Below, one piece after another: positions 11,184 through 23,887 of a stretch of 50,358 bases of DNA. The stretch covers positions 151,839,006 to 151,889,363 of the forward strand of contig NC_068981.1 of NCBI RefSeq assembly GCF_001194135.2, in the 5' to 3' direction. The stretch comes from Octopus bimaculoides. Its lineage: Eukaryota. Numbering within the stretch: the first letter of the stretch is position 1; every line of letters starts with the position of its first letter. The translations under genes and the position numbers were made by a program. The notes beneath the pieces were generated by a model, which saw only the letters and a program-made list of their open reading frames with translations, was not told the DNA's origin and did not search any database.

Positions 11184-14100
11184 AAATGGGAAAATAAGCA
11201 CTCCAGTGATGAAAGGAGAATTTTATAAGTAGAGATATCTACTTCCCTCCTATATTTCACAATAATGAAATGTTATTGAAGAGCAGGCTTTTATTTTAGT
11301 TTTTCAAGTTTTATACTAAAGATCAACTTTACTCACAAAAAGCAGTTGGTTATCTTTTCAAATGACAATGGTAATACCATCTTTATTGCTTAATTACTTC
11401 TGCTCTATCAGCCTTTGGTAGGCTCCTTAATTAGTTAATCAGTGGACAAGAAATTATAGTATACAGCATAGTCTCCAGTTTTACCCTTTTGCTGAAGCAT
11501 ATTCAACAATGTAATTCATCATATAATGTCCATGGAGACATTATATTACTAAAGACTGAACTTCCATAAAATTTACCATTTATAAAGAAGCAAATGCCAC
11601 TTAATGAAGATCACTAAAACCCATGTTAGCTTATCATCTAAAACTAATTTGATAGTAGCTTAATAATAGTAAGAAGCTATTGTATGTAATTGTTTTCAAA
11701 CATTTAGTGAACTCAAGCAAATTTAAGCAAGCCTAACTCCTTCAGGATTTTATTAATTTGATAAAATTAAATTAGATTGATCACAGCATTTTTAGATCCA
11801 AGTCTAACCACAATTCCTTAATGAAGTTTCACATGAAATGAAAGGTTTCCTAAAAACATTGCCATTGAATTTGAAACTTTTCAACTTCAATGATAATAAC
11901 CTAATAGGGAACTCATTGGATAATGTAGTTTATCCATCCACACCAGTTGACAGTTCATTACTCTCATATAAATGGTTTTGCCTGAAACATTAGTCTTATC
12001 TTCTTCCTAAGAGCATAACATTTATTCTACAGTTTGAATTATTTATATTACTTTTACTTCTTACTGCTTGCCAATGCATATCACTTGTCCTTGTGTTCTA
12101 CTGTTTTTACACTGTTATTTTATGGTTAGCTGCTTTATATGTATATTTTTATTTCCAAATTTTAATCCAAAGAGATGAGGCAGTACCCATAACCTTCACA
12201 GGCATTTATATGATCTCTCTAGTTGATGATCAGCTTGAATGTCTGCTGTGAAAAAGTTGCTAAGGAGACAGCTTCATTAGGTTGAAGTTTTAAAGATAAA
12301 ATTATCAATGCAGTATTTGTGGAATGTGACATGTTAGGAATGTCTCATAACTGAATGCTGAAACACACGAGAGATAATAGCATGTGGATCAGAGAAAGCC
12401 AAATTGATACATTATAATGAAGTGTTTCCCAAGAAACTTCAAACTAAATAAAAATACTCAAAGCTCATAAAGGAATGTCTTTACAGAAGGCCAAGATTTT
12501 GTGGAAATGATCTCTCATTTGACTCTCATTAGGGACATATACATTATTTCCTGTTTGAACTATATTTCTTATAATTTGTATATAGCTAAGTTTCAAAATC
12601 TTGCCATTGCACAAGTGTTCTAAATTGCAGAGCTTGTGATTATCATTTGCAATATTCTTCTGTTGCAAAACACAAAATTCTTAAAATTATCTCTGAAATT
12701 GTTGGCAAAATATTGTGATTAGTGTCATTCATAATGGCTTTTTTTATTTTATAGCAATAATAAACAGATCGCCAATAGCAAGTGTTGTATATTAAAGAGT
12801 AATTTTTGAGCAAGATCAGTTGTGTCCAACATTGGTTCTAAATCATAAGTATTTTGTATCCTTCATGTTGTTAATGTCTTTAGGAAAAAGGTTGAATGTA
12901 AGATATTGTCTTCTTCCTTCTACAATCCCCAAACTGACTTGCTAAAATTAGAAGTCAAATACAGTCATTGTTTACCCTAGTGCCTTAAAAATGAATCAAT
13001 ATAATGGATAAAATAGTTTTGATTATAATATGACAAAAAGGGTGAGTTGGTCATGATTTGATTGCTAGTGAAATAATATAAATTTGATAGACAAGAAAGT
13101 GAAGATATTCGTAAAATGGAAATACTACAGAGAATTATTGAGAACATAATGTTAAAGAACAGACAAAGAAAACTTTACTATCTACCAGTCATTTGAGAAA
13201 TGTAAAATGTATAATTATATAGAAAGCTAAACAAAGTAAAAATTTTTGAAGGAAAATCTAGAAACTAAATATTTATTAACTATAGGGATAAAACATGCTT
13301 ACACAAATACAGTTGATGAAAGCATCTATTACAAATGAACAGTCTGAAAAGAAGTAAACCACATCACAAAAGGAATACAGTATATTTTCAAAGAGTGTAG
13401 GTAGATTTAATAATTGGTGTGTAATTAATTAGAGTATTTACTAAAGGAATACATATAGACAGAGAGAGAGAGAAAGAGAGGTCAGGAGAGAGAGAGAGAG
13501 AGATGTATATTTATTTACTCTGGCTCTAAAAGAAAGAAGCTGCTATTGTTGGAAATTCAATGGCTTTAGTGGAAATGGACAAATTATTACCAGTAACTAA
13601 TAGTTACTGTATTTTATGAACCAACAAGCTACATAAGCTGCTTATTAGCAACCATGATTAGAATTAGAACTAAAGGTAATCATATGACAGAAGATATCTT
13701 TGTTGCTGTAGGTTTGTTAATACTGGGTATGAGATGTGATACATTAAGTATTATTGGGGCATGTGTGTCCATAGTAACATAACACATTTGCCCATAACAT
13801 AAGAGATTGATGGATGAGAACTGCAAATATAAGAAGAGCCCTCCTGAAGAGTGGAATGAACCAAAGTGTTGGATATTGAGATTAGTTTCAGTGTGGTCAA
13901 AAAGGTAATGAAAGAAAAGATAAAGAAAGCTACATTTTATCATAGAAATGCTAAAAATATCTGTGATATGTCTCCAATGACTGGTATTATAAGCTACTAA
14001 ATAAATATACACTGGGAGAGAAAGAGAGAAAACTGAAATGAAAATCTCTGGAGAGATAAAAATTACAAAGCCCTCAAGGAGATAGTCCAAGTTTTGAAAG

Positions 14101-14249
14101 AAGCTGAGTTCATAGAAATGTTATTGCATGACATGGTTCCCTTAGATAATATTTAATTTGAGCTTATAGGAGGACAATGAAGAACAAATGCCTCTTTCAA
14201 GTGAAAGTTATTTTCCAGTATGTATTTCAGCTTTTAGATTAGATTCACG

Positions 14250-14460
14250 GTGACCTTACATGTTATAAGAGACAACTTAAAGGGCTTGGCATCAAGAAAG
14301 CAGCTGACTGTAAAAAGTCCCATCCAGCCCATTCCAGTATAGAAAATCATCATCATCATCATCATCATTAACTGTCTGTCTTCCATGCTGGCATGAGTTA
14401 GCAGGATCTGACAAACCAGAGGGCTACACTGAGCTCCAATATCTGCATTGGTGCTCATTG
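14250..14460. mobile_element. Two opposed (GAT)n-tail SINE 3' fragments sharing a (CAT)n tract
   Basis: ggcatcaagaaagcagc...ccattccagtatagaaaatcatcatc on +, then catcattaactgtctgtcttccatgctggcatgagttagcagg in the - orientation. Confidence 0.5.
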
Positions 14461-15187
14461 GATACTGTCCAACCGTCCAATCTATATGAATACAAAAACA
14501 ATGGTGGTGATGATGATGAATTACAAAAACAAATATTTATAAGAATAACAGACTGCTTTAACAAGTTATTATACTTTGCATTTGTCTTCCTCAAATAATG
14601 ATTTCCTTTAGTTCTGTTTAAAGTTAGGTGTTTATTAATAACTCAGAATAGTTGTCTAATTTATGTACAGGATTGGGGTTTAAGATTTAATGTTGACAAA
14701 TTTAGTGAGCTACTAGTTGTTCCTCAAATCTCTGTTCTCTACCTTTTTCTATATGTATTAATACTAGATGAAGTAAGGGAGAATTTTCAAGTTTAAATGT
14801 TCATAGAAACATTTTATATGCTGATAAAATGTTTCTTATTGCAGAATTTTTCAAAAAGCTTCACAGAAAGTTACAGACATGGTGAAACAGTGTAATATCC
14901 AAAACCTGAATAAAAACACACATTTTCCACTTTTCTCTTCAGCCATACATATTGACATGAATTCTCCTCCCAGGCTAAGCTCAATCCTTCCTTCTTTAAG
15001 CATCAGCACTCTGGATTACCCTTCTGTGCTTATTTTCTGTACAAATGTCAACTAGTAACTGTCCAAACTGAATATTAACTACATCAGTCTCACCAGACTC
15101 AGACAACCAAAACAAATTAAGGGCTTGGTCCATTTTTCTTGATTAAAATCACAAACAAATACAAATAAAACTTATAGAATACTTTAC

Positions 15188-15487
15188 CAATTTCCCTGTG
15201 TAAAGTTGCTGGTAGTGAAGGATCACTGGTACCAAATTCATTGGCTGCTCTGACTCTGAACATATAATCTTGCTCAGAATTAAGGTCACTTAAAGTATGG
15301 GTGGTCTCTGTTATCCCTGAAGCAACAGAGTTCCATTGAAGTGCTGGTGGTTCACGTATTTCAATGACATATGTAATGCAACAGTTTTTAGCATAAGATG
15401 GAACACGGGCAGGTTTCCAACTCAAGATAAGACTGCTTCCAGATTCTTCAGTAATTTTTGGACGACCCTTTGGAGCCCTAGGAGGAC
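15188..15487 (-). CDS. Exon 6 (300 nt, phase 1-1): fibronectin type III domain
   Basis: Acceptor ttttcaattatttaag|GT, donor G|gtaaag. (S)PPRAPKGRPKITEESGSSLILSWKPAR...YVIEIRE...W...L....DYMFRVRAANEFGTSDPS carries the FN3 W/Y/L/Y-F-R-V.A.N..G motifs. Confidence 0.95.
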
Positions 15488-16671
15488 CTTAAATAATTGA
15501 AAAATATATATTAAATTTAGAAATTTTCAAAACATTAACAAGCAATTATATAAAGTGAAGTTGTAGAAGTCTTAATTTTAATCAAATTTCTAAAAGAAAG
15601 ATAATTATAAAAACTGTTACTGAAAATATGATGAAAATAAAAACCAGTTCTGATTGGATAGCCATTCTAAAGTTAAAAATTAACTTCATTGTCTTAATGA
15701 AATTAACAGAGCCTAATTTAATAATGAAGAATAATAACGCTTTAAATCATATTATGTAAGTGCAATGTAGCCATAAATCTATTCAATTTTCATAATGAAA
15801 AATTTAAGAGAAATATATTTTATGTACAATATATTGCAGCTTGTAAACAATATTATCATTGGTTATAGGTTTTTAATGAGCTAGCAATTGGTCTACTAAA
15901 TGTATGATGGCAAGTGTAACAATGGAGTATTTGTAACTTAATGCGGAACAAATACAATAAGGGACTTTGTCAAAACAGAACCAGTTATTTGGTTTTCTCA
16001 CAATGCTACATAATAGATAGGGCTCAAACCAATATGACTGAGAAGCAAATTTTTTAACCACATATGCAAAATTATATAATTTTGTACGTATTTTTTCTTG
16101 GTCTACATTATCTTATGTGTTTTTCATTTTACAAGACAACAGGGTGTGGTTTGAGGGTGATTTGGCTGTTATTTGCATTGGCTTGAGTGATCATGTAAAG
16201 AATTCATTGTTAGCTTGTTTAGTTATTATATTACCCCCAGTAGTGGCCTTCATATTTTATTACAATTTCATTCACATCTAGAAAATATTATAATTCATAC
16301 ACATCTAGAATATATTATAGAGATCATCCCAGTACTAATTGGTACTTAATTTTATCAACCCTGGAAGGCTGAAATGAAAAGTTAACCTCATAGGGACTTG
16401 AATTCAGAACATGAAAGATTATATCTAAATGTTGCAAGGCATATAGTCCAACTGATTCTTCCGGTTACCCATCACTGATATGCAGTGGTATGTTCTCAGT
16501 GAAGTGAGTCAGAGATGTAGTTTTAATTTTCAGCTACTACAACTTATGGTTTAAAAATATTTGTTTTAATCAACATTTACACTTGGTATTTGAATGTAAA
16601 AAAGATCAAAATTTCAAATAGTGTAAATAAAACTTTTACCAAACTTTCATTCAAATTTTAATAATTCAGTA

Positions 16672-17080
16672 TTTAGACTACTCTTTGGCTTCATTTGACT
16701 ATTATTAGGCTACCTCCTAGTTACATTTTAGATAGATTTAGACTACATTTTGACAACACTTACATTCAGTCCGCACTTTGTCTATGTTGGACTATAATTT
16801 TGTAACACTGGTTACACTTAAGTTTCTCTTAAGCTACATTTTGATTTCATTTTGGCTATATGGGTTCTAGTCATTGGTTACACTTAAGCTACACTTAGAC
16901 TACACTTGGTTAAACTTATGCTACTCTTTGACTACACTTTGGGTGTATATAACTATAATTTGGTTACATTTAAATTACTTTTAAACTCATTTTTTTGGCA
17001 ATATTTTGGCTACATGTAGACTACTCTTTAGCTACACTTAAGCTACATTTATGTTACACTTAGGCTACACTTTTGTTACA
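16672..17080. repeat. Highly degenerate ~11-bp tandem repeat (consensus about TTRGVCTACAC)
   Basis: Recurrent ttagactacac, ttggttacac, ttaagctacac, tttgactacac and taggctacac units over about 400 bp. Confidence 0.75.
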
Positions 17081-17094
17081 GTCAACAAAATGTA

Positions 17095-18096
17095 TCAGGT
17101 CATCCCATAAGTTTTGTCCGATTTTACCTTTTTTAAAGTTGAATGAAATTTAATAGTATTTTAGAATGTCTAATGAAATTAAAAATTATTTTTATGCATT
17201 TGTGGACATTTAAACTAATTAAATATTATTTTACAGAATAATAGAATTAAAATTTCTTTGATTAAAATCCTTTCTTTCCATACAACTGTTCATCATCATC
17301 TTCAACAACTTGGAAAGGTTCCTAAACTTGGAAAATGGGTGCCTCATGAATTGTCTGAAAGCAACCACAAATCTCAAGTTGACATCTGCTCTTCTCTCCA
17401 TTCTTGTGAACTCATTTCACCCTTTTTGGATAGACTTGTGAATGATGATGAAAAATGGATCTTCTATCAAAATGATAAACGTCATAAACAGAAGCTTGGT
17501 AAAAGGGAAAAAGCTCAACTACAACCAAGAAGGGAACTTCATGGGAAAAAGGTTCTTCTCTCTATCTGGTGATATTGCAAAGGCGTAATTCACTTTGAAT
17601 TGTTACTATCTAGTGCAACAATCAATGCTCAAGTCTACTGTCAGCAATTAGAGCGTTTGAACCAAGCTTTGAATAAAAAAAAAGACCCGCTTCAGTGAAT
17701 CGAAAAGGAGTGATGTTTCATCAGGACAATGCATGACCCCACACTGCAAAGATCACTTCACAGAAGATCGAAGAGCTTGGTTGGGAAAAAATTTCTCATC
17801 CATCTTATTCTCCCAGCCTTGCTCCTTCAGACTACCATTTGTTTCATAGTTTACAGAATCATTTGGGAGACATAAATTTCGCAAGCCAGAAGGTGGTCAA
17901 AACTGATATTTCAGAGTTCTTCGCTTTGAAACCAAAAAGCTTTTACATTGATGGGATTAAAAAGCTTGTAAACAGATGGAAGGAAGTCATAAATAATCAG
18001 GGAAAGTACATTGATGATTAAATTTCAATTAATTATAACATTTGATCACTTGTTTTCTTTATTCATAATTCGGACAGAACTTATGGGATAACCTGA
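17095..18096 (+). mobile_element. Mariner (Tc1/mariner) transposon, internally deleted, 1002 bp, both TIRs intact
   Basis: TIR tcaggtcatcccataagttttgtccga versus the reverse complement of the right end tcaggttatcccataagttctgtccga (25/27). TA at 17093-17094 and 17097+1000 (18097-18098). Confidence 0.93.
17258..18021 (+). pseudogene. Mariner transposase pseudogene (catalytic domain only)
   Basis: WVPHEL, NDDEKW (TGDEKW-like), FHQDNA*PH, SYSPSLAPSDYHLF and RW..V....GKY motifs. In-frame stops, a frameshift at the A-run near 17680, and no N-terminal HTH. Confidence 0.92.
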
Positions 18097-18298
18097 TAAT
18101 AAAATATTGCTTCACAGAATCTAGAAAAATCTTGGTAACTTAAAAAAATTGATGTAAATACAATATAATCAGCATTTATCATCTGAAGCAAACTAGAAAG
18201 CCAGACATTTCTCAAATTCACCAGAAATCAGTATTTCACTTTACAAAGTGTCATTGTCAAGTACAATAATAGGAGATATTTCTTTTTAAAATACTTAC

Positions 18299-18388
18299 TG
18301 ATCATAACCATAGGATCATTAAATGTGACAGATGGTAGAAGAAGCTTTTCAACTTTCTCTTCCTCCATTGATGTTGATGGAGTAGGTG
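18299..18388 (-). CDS. Exon 5 (90 nt, phase 1-1): short linker
   Basis: Acceptor ttttatttaatattcag|CA, donor A|gtaagt. (S)PTPSTSMEEEKVEKLLLPSVTFNDPMVMI is open and in phase. The ORF track shows only the wrong frame here. Confidence 0.85.
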
Positions 18389-18648
18389 CTGAATATTAAA
18401 TAAAATCATTGAACTTGTAATATTTAAATAGTCAGGAATATATTTGAAATCATCAGACACATATGACAGCATGAAGAATATAATAATAGTCAGCTTTCTA
18501 TACACATAAACTTCTTTTTTTATCAAATTTCGAATTGTTAACCACCTTCTTTTTTACACACCCAAACACACGCACACATATATATATATATGTATATATA
18601 TATATATTAAAACGTAAAACGAAAACATTAAAACGTAAAATGAAAACA

Positions 18649-18653
18649 GATAT

Positions 18654-18716
<63 letters not shown>
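18649..18716. repeat. (GATA)n microsatellite
   Basis: Directly visible. Confidence 0.95.
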
Positions 18717-18718
<2 letters not shown>

Positions 18719-19088
18719 TATCTTTTACAGTATTGTCAACTTCACATCCTATTTATCTTGAGTAGCATCTTGGTGATATTGGGTAAAAATCAACTTTCAG
18801 AAATCTGTCTCCTAAATAATAATCATTTTTCATTCTGTTTTTAGTCTGCAATTTATTCTGGAGAATACTTATCAATTTTTCCATATATGTGTAGTTTTTA
18901 ATATTTCAAGTTCTTAACACTGACAACATTTTATATATAAAAAAAAAAGATGACATTTTGCAATGCCCATTAGTTTAGGAAAAAGTAAAAGAGAACAAAG
19001 ATATTTTTTTCTTGTTAATGGGTATTTTTTTACAGTTCACTTTTCTCTCTTTTTGTGTTTCATCCAGTGTATTGTGCATGCACTTTTA

Positions 19089-20335
19089 CAAGGGTAAGCT
19101 GAAAAGTTCATAGGCTGACTATGAAGGAATGTTGCTAGAGCTGTGAAACCTTGCATGCATTAATCTCAACCCTTCTCATTAATAACTGTATTATTTCTTT
19201 TGAGATGAACTGACATCTACCTGTTAAAAAAAGACTGCTTCAAAAGTAACTAGAATCGACTTCTCGTGAAAATGGGCAAAATTTGGCATTGTGGTGTTAT
19301 CAAGTACCTACAGAAAAAGGGTTTAGCCCCTAATGACATTCATGCTGATATGATTGCTACAATATAGGATGAGATTCCAGCTTTATCAACAGTGCAAAAG
19401 TGGACAGCTGAATTTAGCAGAAGGGAAAGTCTCAAAATTGACCCAAGGTCTGGACATCCTGCAACTGCCACCACCAAGGAAAACATTGATCATGTTCATC
19501 ATATGACAATATACGACAGGCAATTGACTATAAATCAAATAGCCAAAGCTATTAACATATCCCATGAGAGAGCTAAGGATATTCTGCACAAGGAAACTTG
19601 GCATTTTTTTCTTGTTTCAGTCATTAAACTGTGGCCATGCTGGGGCACTGCCTTCAAGAATTTTTAGTTGAATGTATCAACCCCAATACTTACATTTTTA
19701 AAGTTTGGTACTAATTCTATCATTGGCTTTTGCCAAACAGCTCTAGTTGTCAAGTGGTGGTTAGGGGATAACATAGACAGAAACATACACACACACACAT
19801 ATATCTATATATACATAACAAGCTTCTTTCAGTTTCCATCTGCCAAATCCATTCACAAGGCTTTGGTTGGCCTGAGGCTATAGTAGAAGACACTAGCCCA
19901 AGGTGCCATGCAGTGGGACTGAACCTAGAACCATGTGGTTGGGAAGTAAGCATGATGAATGTTTCTGCTCAGTGAGTGCCATATCTTCTGACAGCTGACC
20001 AAAAGCACACCAGGCTGATCACATCATGGAAAAATCTGACATTCTTTGAGGCAGATCCTGCTGGTTTCCTTGAATGTTTCCTAACCCAGGATAAATGTTG
20101 GCTTCATCACTTTGAGTCAAAGACAAAGAGACAATCCATGCAGTGGAAACACCCCCTCCTCACCTGCTACAAAGAAAGCCAAGGTCATTTCATCAGCAGA
20201 GAAGATGTTGGCTTTGGCTTTTGAGGATGCAAAAGGCATTGGGTTTATTGGCTATCAATGAAGAGTACTATGTCCACTTGCTGAGGCAGTTACAGGAGAC
20301 TTTCAGATCAGTTACCCAGGAAAAACCTGGGTAAT
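19089..20335 (+). mobile_element. Second mariner-family transposon (5' part), degenerate, interrupted by a SINE
   Basis: ta|caagggtaagctgaaaagttc TIR-like start. ATG 19272 MGKIWHCGVIKYLQKKGL...TVQKWTAEF.R.RESL..DPRSGHP (HTH region). The frame resumes at 19952 MMNVSAQ*VP.LLT.DQK...FLTQDKCWLHHFE.KTKRQSMQWKH. Stops and frameshifts present; no right TIR found. Confidence 0.85.
19605..19949 (-). mobile_element. tRNA-derived SINE inserted into the mariner transposase
   Basis: Head (gggactgaacctagaaccatgtggttgggaagtaag on +) and tail (tttcagtcattaaactgtggccatgctgg) match the 48945-49385 copy. gcat at 19601-19604 and 19950-19953. Confidence 0.8.
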
Positions 20336-20979
20336 TGATCTGAAAGTCTCCAAGCATCAAAATCACAATCTTATGATCTGGTGCCCAACACCCTAACTAC
20401 TAAGCCATACATCTTCACTTACCTTGATATTTCATTGTATGTATCTTAGAATAGGAATGTATGTATCTTTAGACTAGGAACAGCTCATTAGAAACAGCTA
20501 AAAGGGTAAATGAGAGAAAGGGCATTCTAATGTGAAGCACTGCTATAGAACAACCTTCCAATCCATATCAATATGGAAAAGCCAGTGAAAAACATAAACA
20601 ATGAATGAATTAGATATATTTAGATCTCATTGCTACTGTGGTTTATCTCTGAGTCTGCCCTGACTGAGCATATCTATGACAAAAATCATACAGATCATGA
20701 CTATACATAGTGTTGAATGTCATTCTTTTTTCAAGACAAAAAGAAGTCTGTCATTTGAGGGACATTTGCTACTATTTCTAGTAGATTGGACGAATAGATA
20801 GTGGCTGCAGCCTGCATTTAGATATCTAAATATAACTGTTTGTTTGTGTGTAAACACATGCATGTATAGATATATAGGTGTGTGTTTAGGTGCATGTGTA
20901 TGTGTATGTATGCATGAGTGTGTTCATGTAATGTGTATGCATATGTATGTCAGTGTGTGTGTGTTTGTGTTTGTGTATC

Positions 20980-21010
<31 letters not shown>

Positions 21011-21473
21011 TTGTGTGTTTGCATGTATTTGTTTGTATGCTTGTGTCTGAATATTGGGCAGCCTGCCTTTAGTATTGTGAGTATAATCTAATTCCTACTA
21101 CTGTATCGCATTTGAAAGAAACACAACTTAACATGAATCACTTCACCTAACATTTCAAAATAAGTACAAGATCTCCAGGAAACATTCTTAAATTTCATGT
21201 CTGCCCGAAGATAGCAGAAAACTACTATGTAGTTAACCTTTGTTGAAAAAAGACAGTGGAAGACAAGGTGAAATTGAAGATAGAGGTGATTAGATCATTT
21301 TTATTTAAAATACTTCATATATTTTCAATACACGAACTGTCAAATGTAATTTCTATGGTCACAATTACTTTATATTTGTGGTAAGTGCCTTGTCAGTTGA
21401 TTGTTGATTGTTACAAGAGTTTGTCTAAATGCTGCACTCACATTTTGATTTATGTTTGCAAACTATATACTTG

Positions 21474-21505
<32 letters not shown>

Positions 21506-22337
21506 NNNNNNNNNNNNNNNNNNNNNNNNNNNNNNNNNNNNNNNNNNNNNNNNNNNNNNNNNNNNNNNNNNNNNNNNNNNNNNNNNNNNNNNNNNNNNNN
21601 NNNNNNNNNNNNNNNNNNNNNNNNNNNNNNNNNNNNNNNNNNNNNNNNNNNNNNNNNNNNNNNNNNNNNNNNNNNNNNNNNNNNNNNNNNNNNNNNNNNN
21701 NNNNNNNNNNNNNNNNNNNNNNNNNNNNNNNNNNNNNNNNNNNNNNNNNNNNNNNNNNNNNNNNNNNNNNNNNNNNNNNNNNNNNNNNNNNNNNNNNNNN
21801 NNNNNNNNNNNNNNNNNNNNNNNNNNNNNNNNNNNNNNNNNNNNNNNNNNNNNNNNNNNNNNNNNNNNNNNNNNNNNNNNNNNNNNNNNNNNNNNNNNNN
21901 NNNNNNNNNNNNNNNNNNNNNNNNNNNNNNNNNNNNNNNNNNNNNNNNNNNNNNNNNNNNNNNNNNNNNNNNNNNNNNNNNNNNNNNNNNNNNNNNNNNN
22001 NNNNNNNNNNNNNNNNNNNNNNNNNNNNNNNNNNNNNNNNNNNNNNNNNNNNNNNNNNNNNNNNNNNNNNNNNNNNNNNNNNNNNNNNNNNNNNNNNNNN
22101 NNNNNNNNNNNNNNNNNNNNNNNNNNNNNNNNNNNNNNNNNNNNNNNNNNNNNNNNNNNNNNNNNNNNNNNNNNNNNNNNNNNNNNNNNNNNNNNNNNNN
22201 NNNNNNNNNNNNNNNNNNNNNNNNNNNNNNNNNNNNNNNNNNNNNNNNNNNNNNNNNNNNNNNNNNNNNNNNNNNNNNNNNNNNNNNNNNNNNNNNNNNN
22301 NNNNNNNNNNNNNNNNNNNNNNNNNNNNNNNNNNNNN
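21506..22337. other. Assembly gap (832 N) between (TA)n tracts
   Basis: Run of N. Other gaps: 3353-3405, 32321-32461, 37429-37438, 45553-45562. Confidence 1.
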
Positions 22338-22580
22338 ATATATATATATATATATATATATATACTTACATACATATATATGTTATATGCAAGCATGAAA
22401 AACCAAAATGTCGGTATACACATATGTGCATATGAGTGTGCATTTGTGTGTATGCATAGAGATACACATGATTATATTATATGTATGTATATATGTGTAT
22501 GAGTGTGCTCATTACTGAAAGTAGATTATTGTTACATACATGCATACATGAATGCATACATGCATACATACGTACATACA

Positions 22581-22613
<33 letters not shown>

Positions 22614-23443
22614 TAAAGCTGACTTTTTTGCATTCCATGACGTCAAGTTTCCCATTTATGATCTTCAGACAAACATAAAATGTGGTGCCAAAAATCTGTT
22701 ATTTGAAACATATTGGAAAATTAAGACACTGGGGTACATTTTAATGGGATGCTAGGGAATAAGTGGAAACAAAAAATTGCAAAAGGTAGCAGCATGAAAA
22801 AAAGAATATGAATACATGAAACTGTTTAGATTATAAGAATAAATAATCAGAAGCACACACATGAATGCATGCACGTCATATACACATACCTCATTATAAT
22901 GGTTGAAAATATTACTCACACACACATATATATCCATGCTTTATAAATATGTGTGCATGTATGTTTCTCGTTATGTTATACTTTACCTTTTAAACCATTC
23001 TATATTCTTCTATTCTTTCCTTATGCCACTTTTAGCGATTTTCTGTTATCAGTTTTACTTCAGTAGCCAATCAAAAGCCATCCTAGTGCCCTAGTTTTCC
23101 CAAATTTTTGAATAACAGATTTCTTGCATCACATTTATGTTTTGTCAAGAACCAGAAATGTGAACTTTTAAGTTGCAAAATATAAATGGTCAGCATTAGT
23201 ATATAATATATACACTTTTCCATTCTTGCATGGGTTGGACAAAGATCATCGCTGTATGCCCTTCCTGTCATCAACCCTCATCTATTTCCAAGCAAATTAG
23301 TATTTCACCAATGGACCGACATGCTCCGAAGAATAGTACTGTTTGTTATAACATGCAATATCAAGTCAAGACACAAGCAATTGTACACTCACACTCACAT
23401 ATATATATACATACATATATATATACAAACAAGATACACAAAC

Positions 23444-23489
<46 letters not shown>

Positions 23490-23501
<12 letters not shown>

Positions 23502-23670
23502 GATGGGCTTCTTTCAGTTTCTGTCTATCAAATCCACTCACAAGGCTTTGGTCAGCCTGAGGCTATAGCAGAAGACACTTGCCCAAGGTGCCACACAATG
23601 GGACTGAACCACTCCCCACCTCGGAACCATATGGCTGGGAAGCAAGCTTCTTACCACTCAGCCACACCTG
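23490..23670 (-). mobile_element. tRNA-derived SINE head
   Basis: gggcttctttcagtttctgtctatcaaatccactcacaaggctttggtcagcctgaggctatagcagaagacacttgcccaaggtgccac. Near-identical family member at 49225-49385; degenerate copy at 23920-24080. Confidence 0.85.
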
Positions 23671-23748
23671 CACCTATATATATGCTTTCAGTGCGAATGT
23701 TCTTTTTATACGGTGCCAAGTTTACAATCCTATAAATAATAATAACGA

Positions 23749-23810
23749 TATTTTTATATAAGCTTAAAGTTCATGGTGATCACCATAAACTTTAAGCTTA
23801 TATAAAAATA
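23749..23810. repeat. 62-bp spacerless palindrome (31-bp arms, 1 mismatch)
   Basis: tatttttatataagcttaaagttcatggtga|tcaccataaactttaagcttatataaaaata. Confidence 0.95.
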
Positions 23811-23856
23811 CCATTATATATGTGTGTGTGTGTGTGTCTGTGTATATATATGTATA

Positions 23857-23887
<31 letters not shown>

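Noticed and set aside
11901-11981. Possible extra 81-nt phase 1-1 cassette exon (GKTIYMRVMNCQLVWMDKLHYPMSSLL)
   Set aside because: Open, symmetric and preceded by ctaatgtttcag, but the donor (G|gttatt) is non-consensus, the pyrimidine tract is weak and the composition is unlike the other linkers. RNA-seq junctions would be needed.
12480-12960. Possible very old LINE RT remnant (similar weak signals at 7400-7900, 8500-9350, 13640-14150 and 41440-41850)
   Set aside because: Only faint resemblance by eye and no translatable motif I can defend; needs a profile search.
21385-22502. Long 327-357 aa ORFs in the track
   Set aside because: Artefacts of translating through an 832-N gap; the same applies at 32255-32671.
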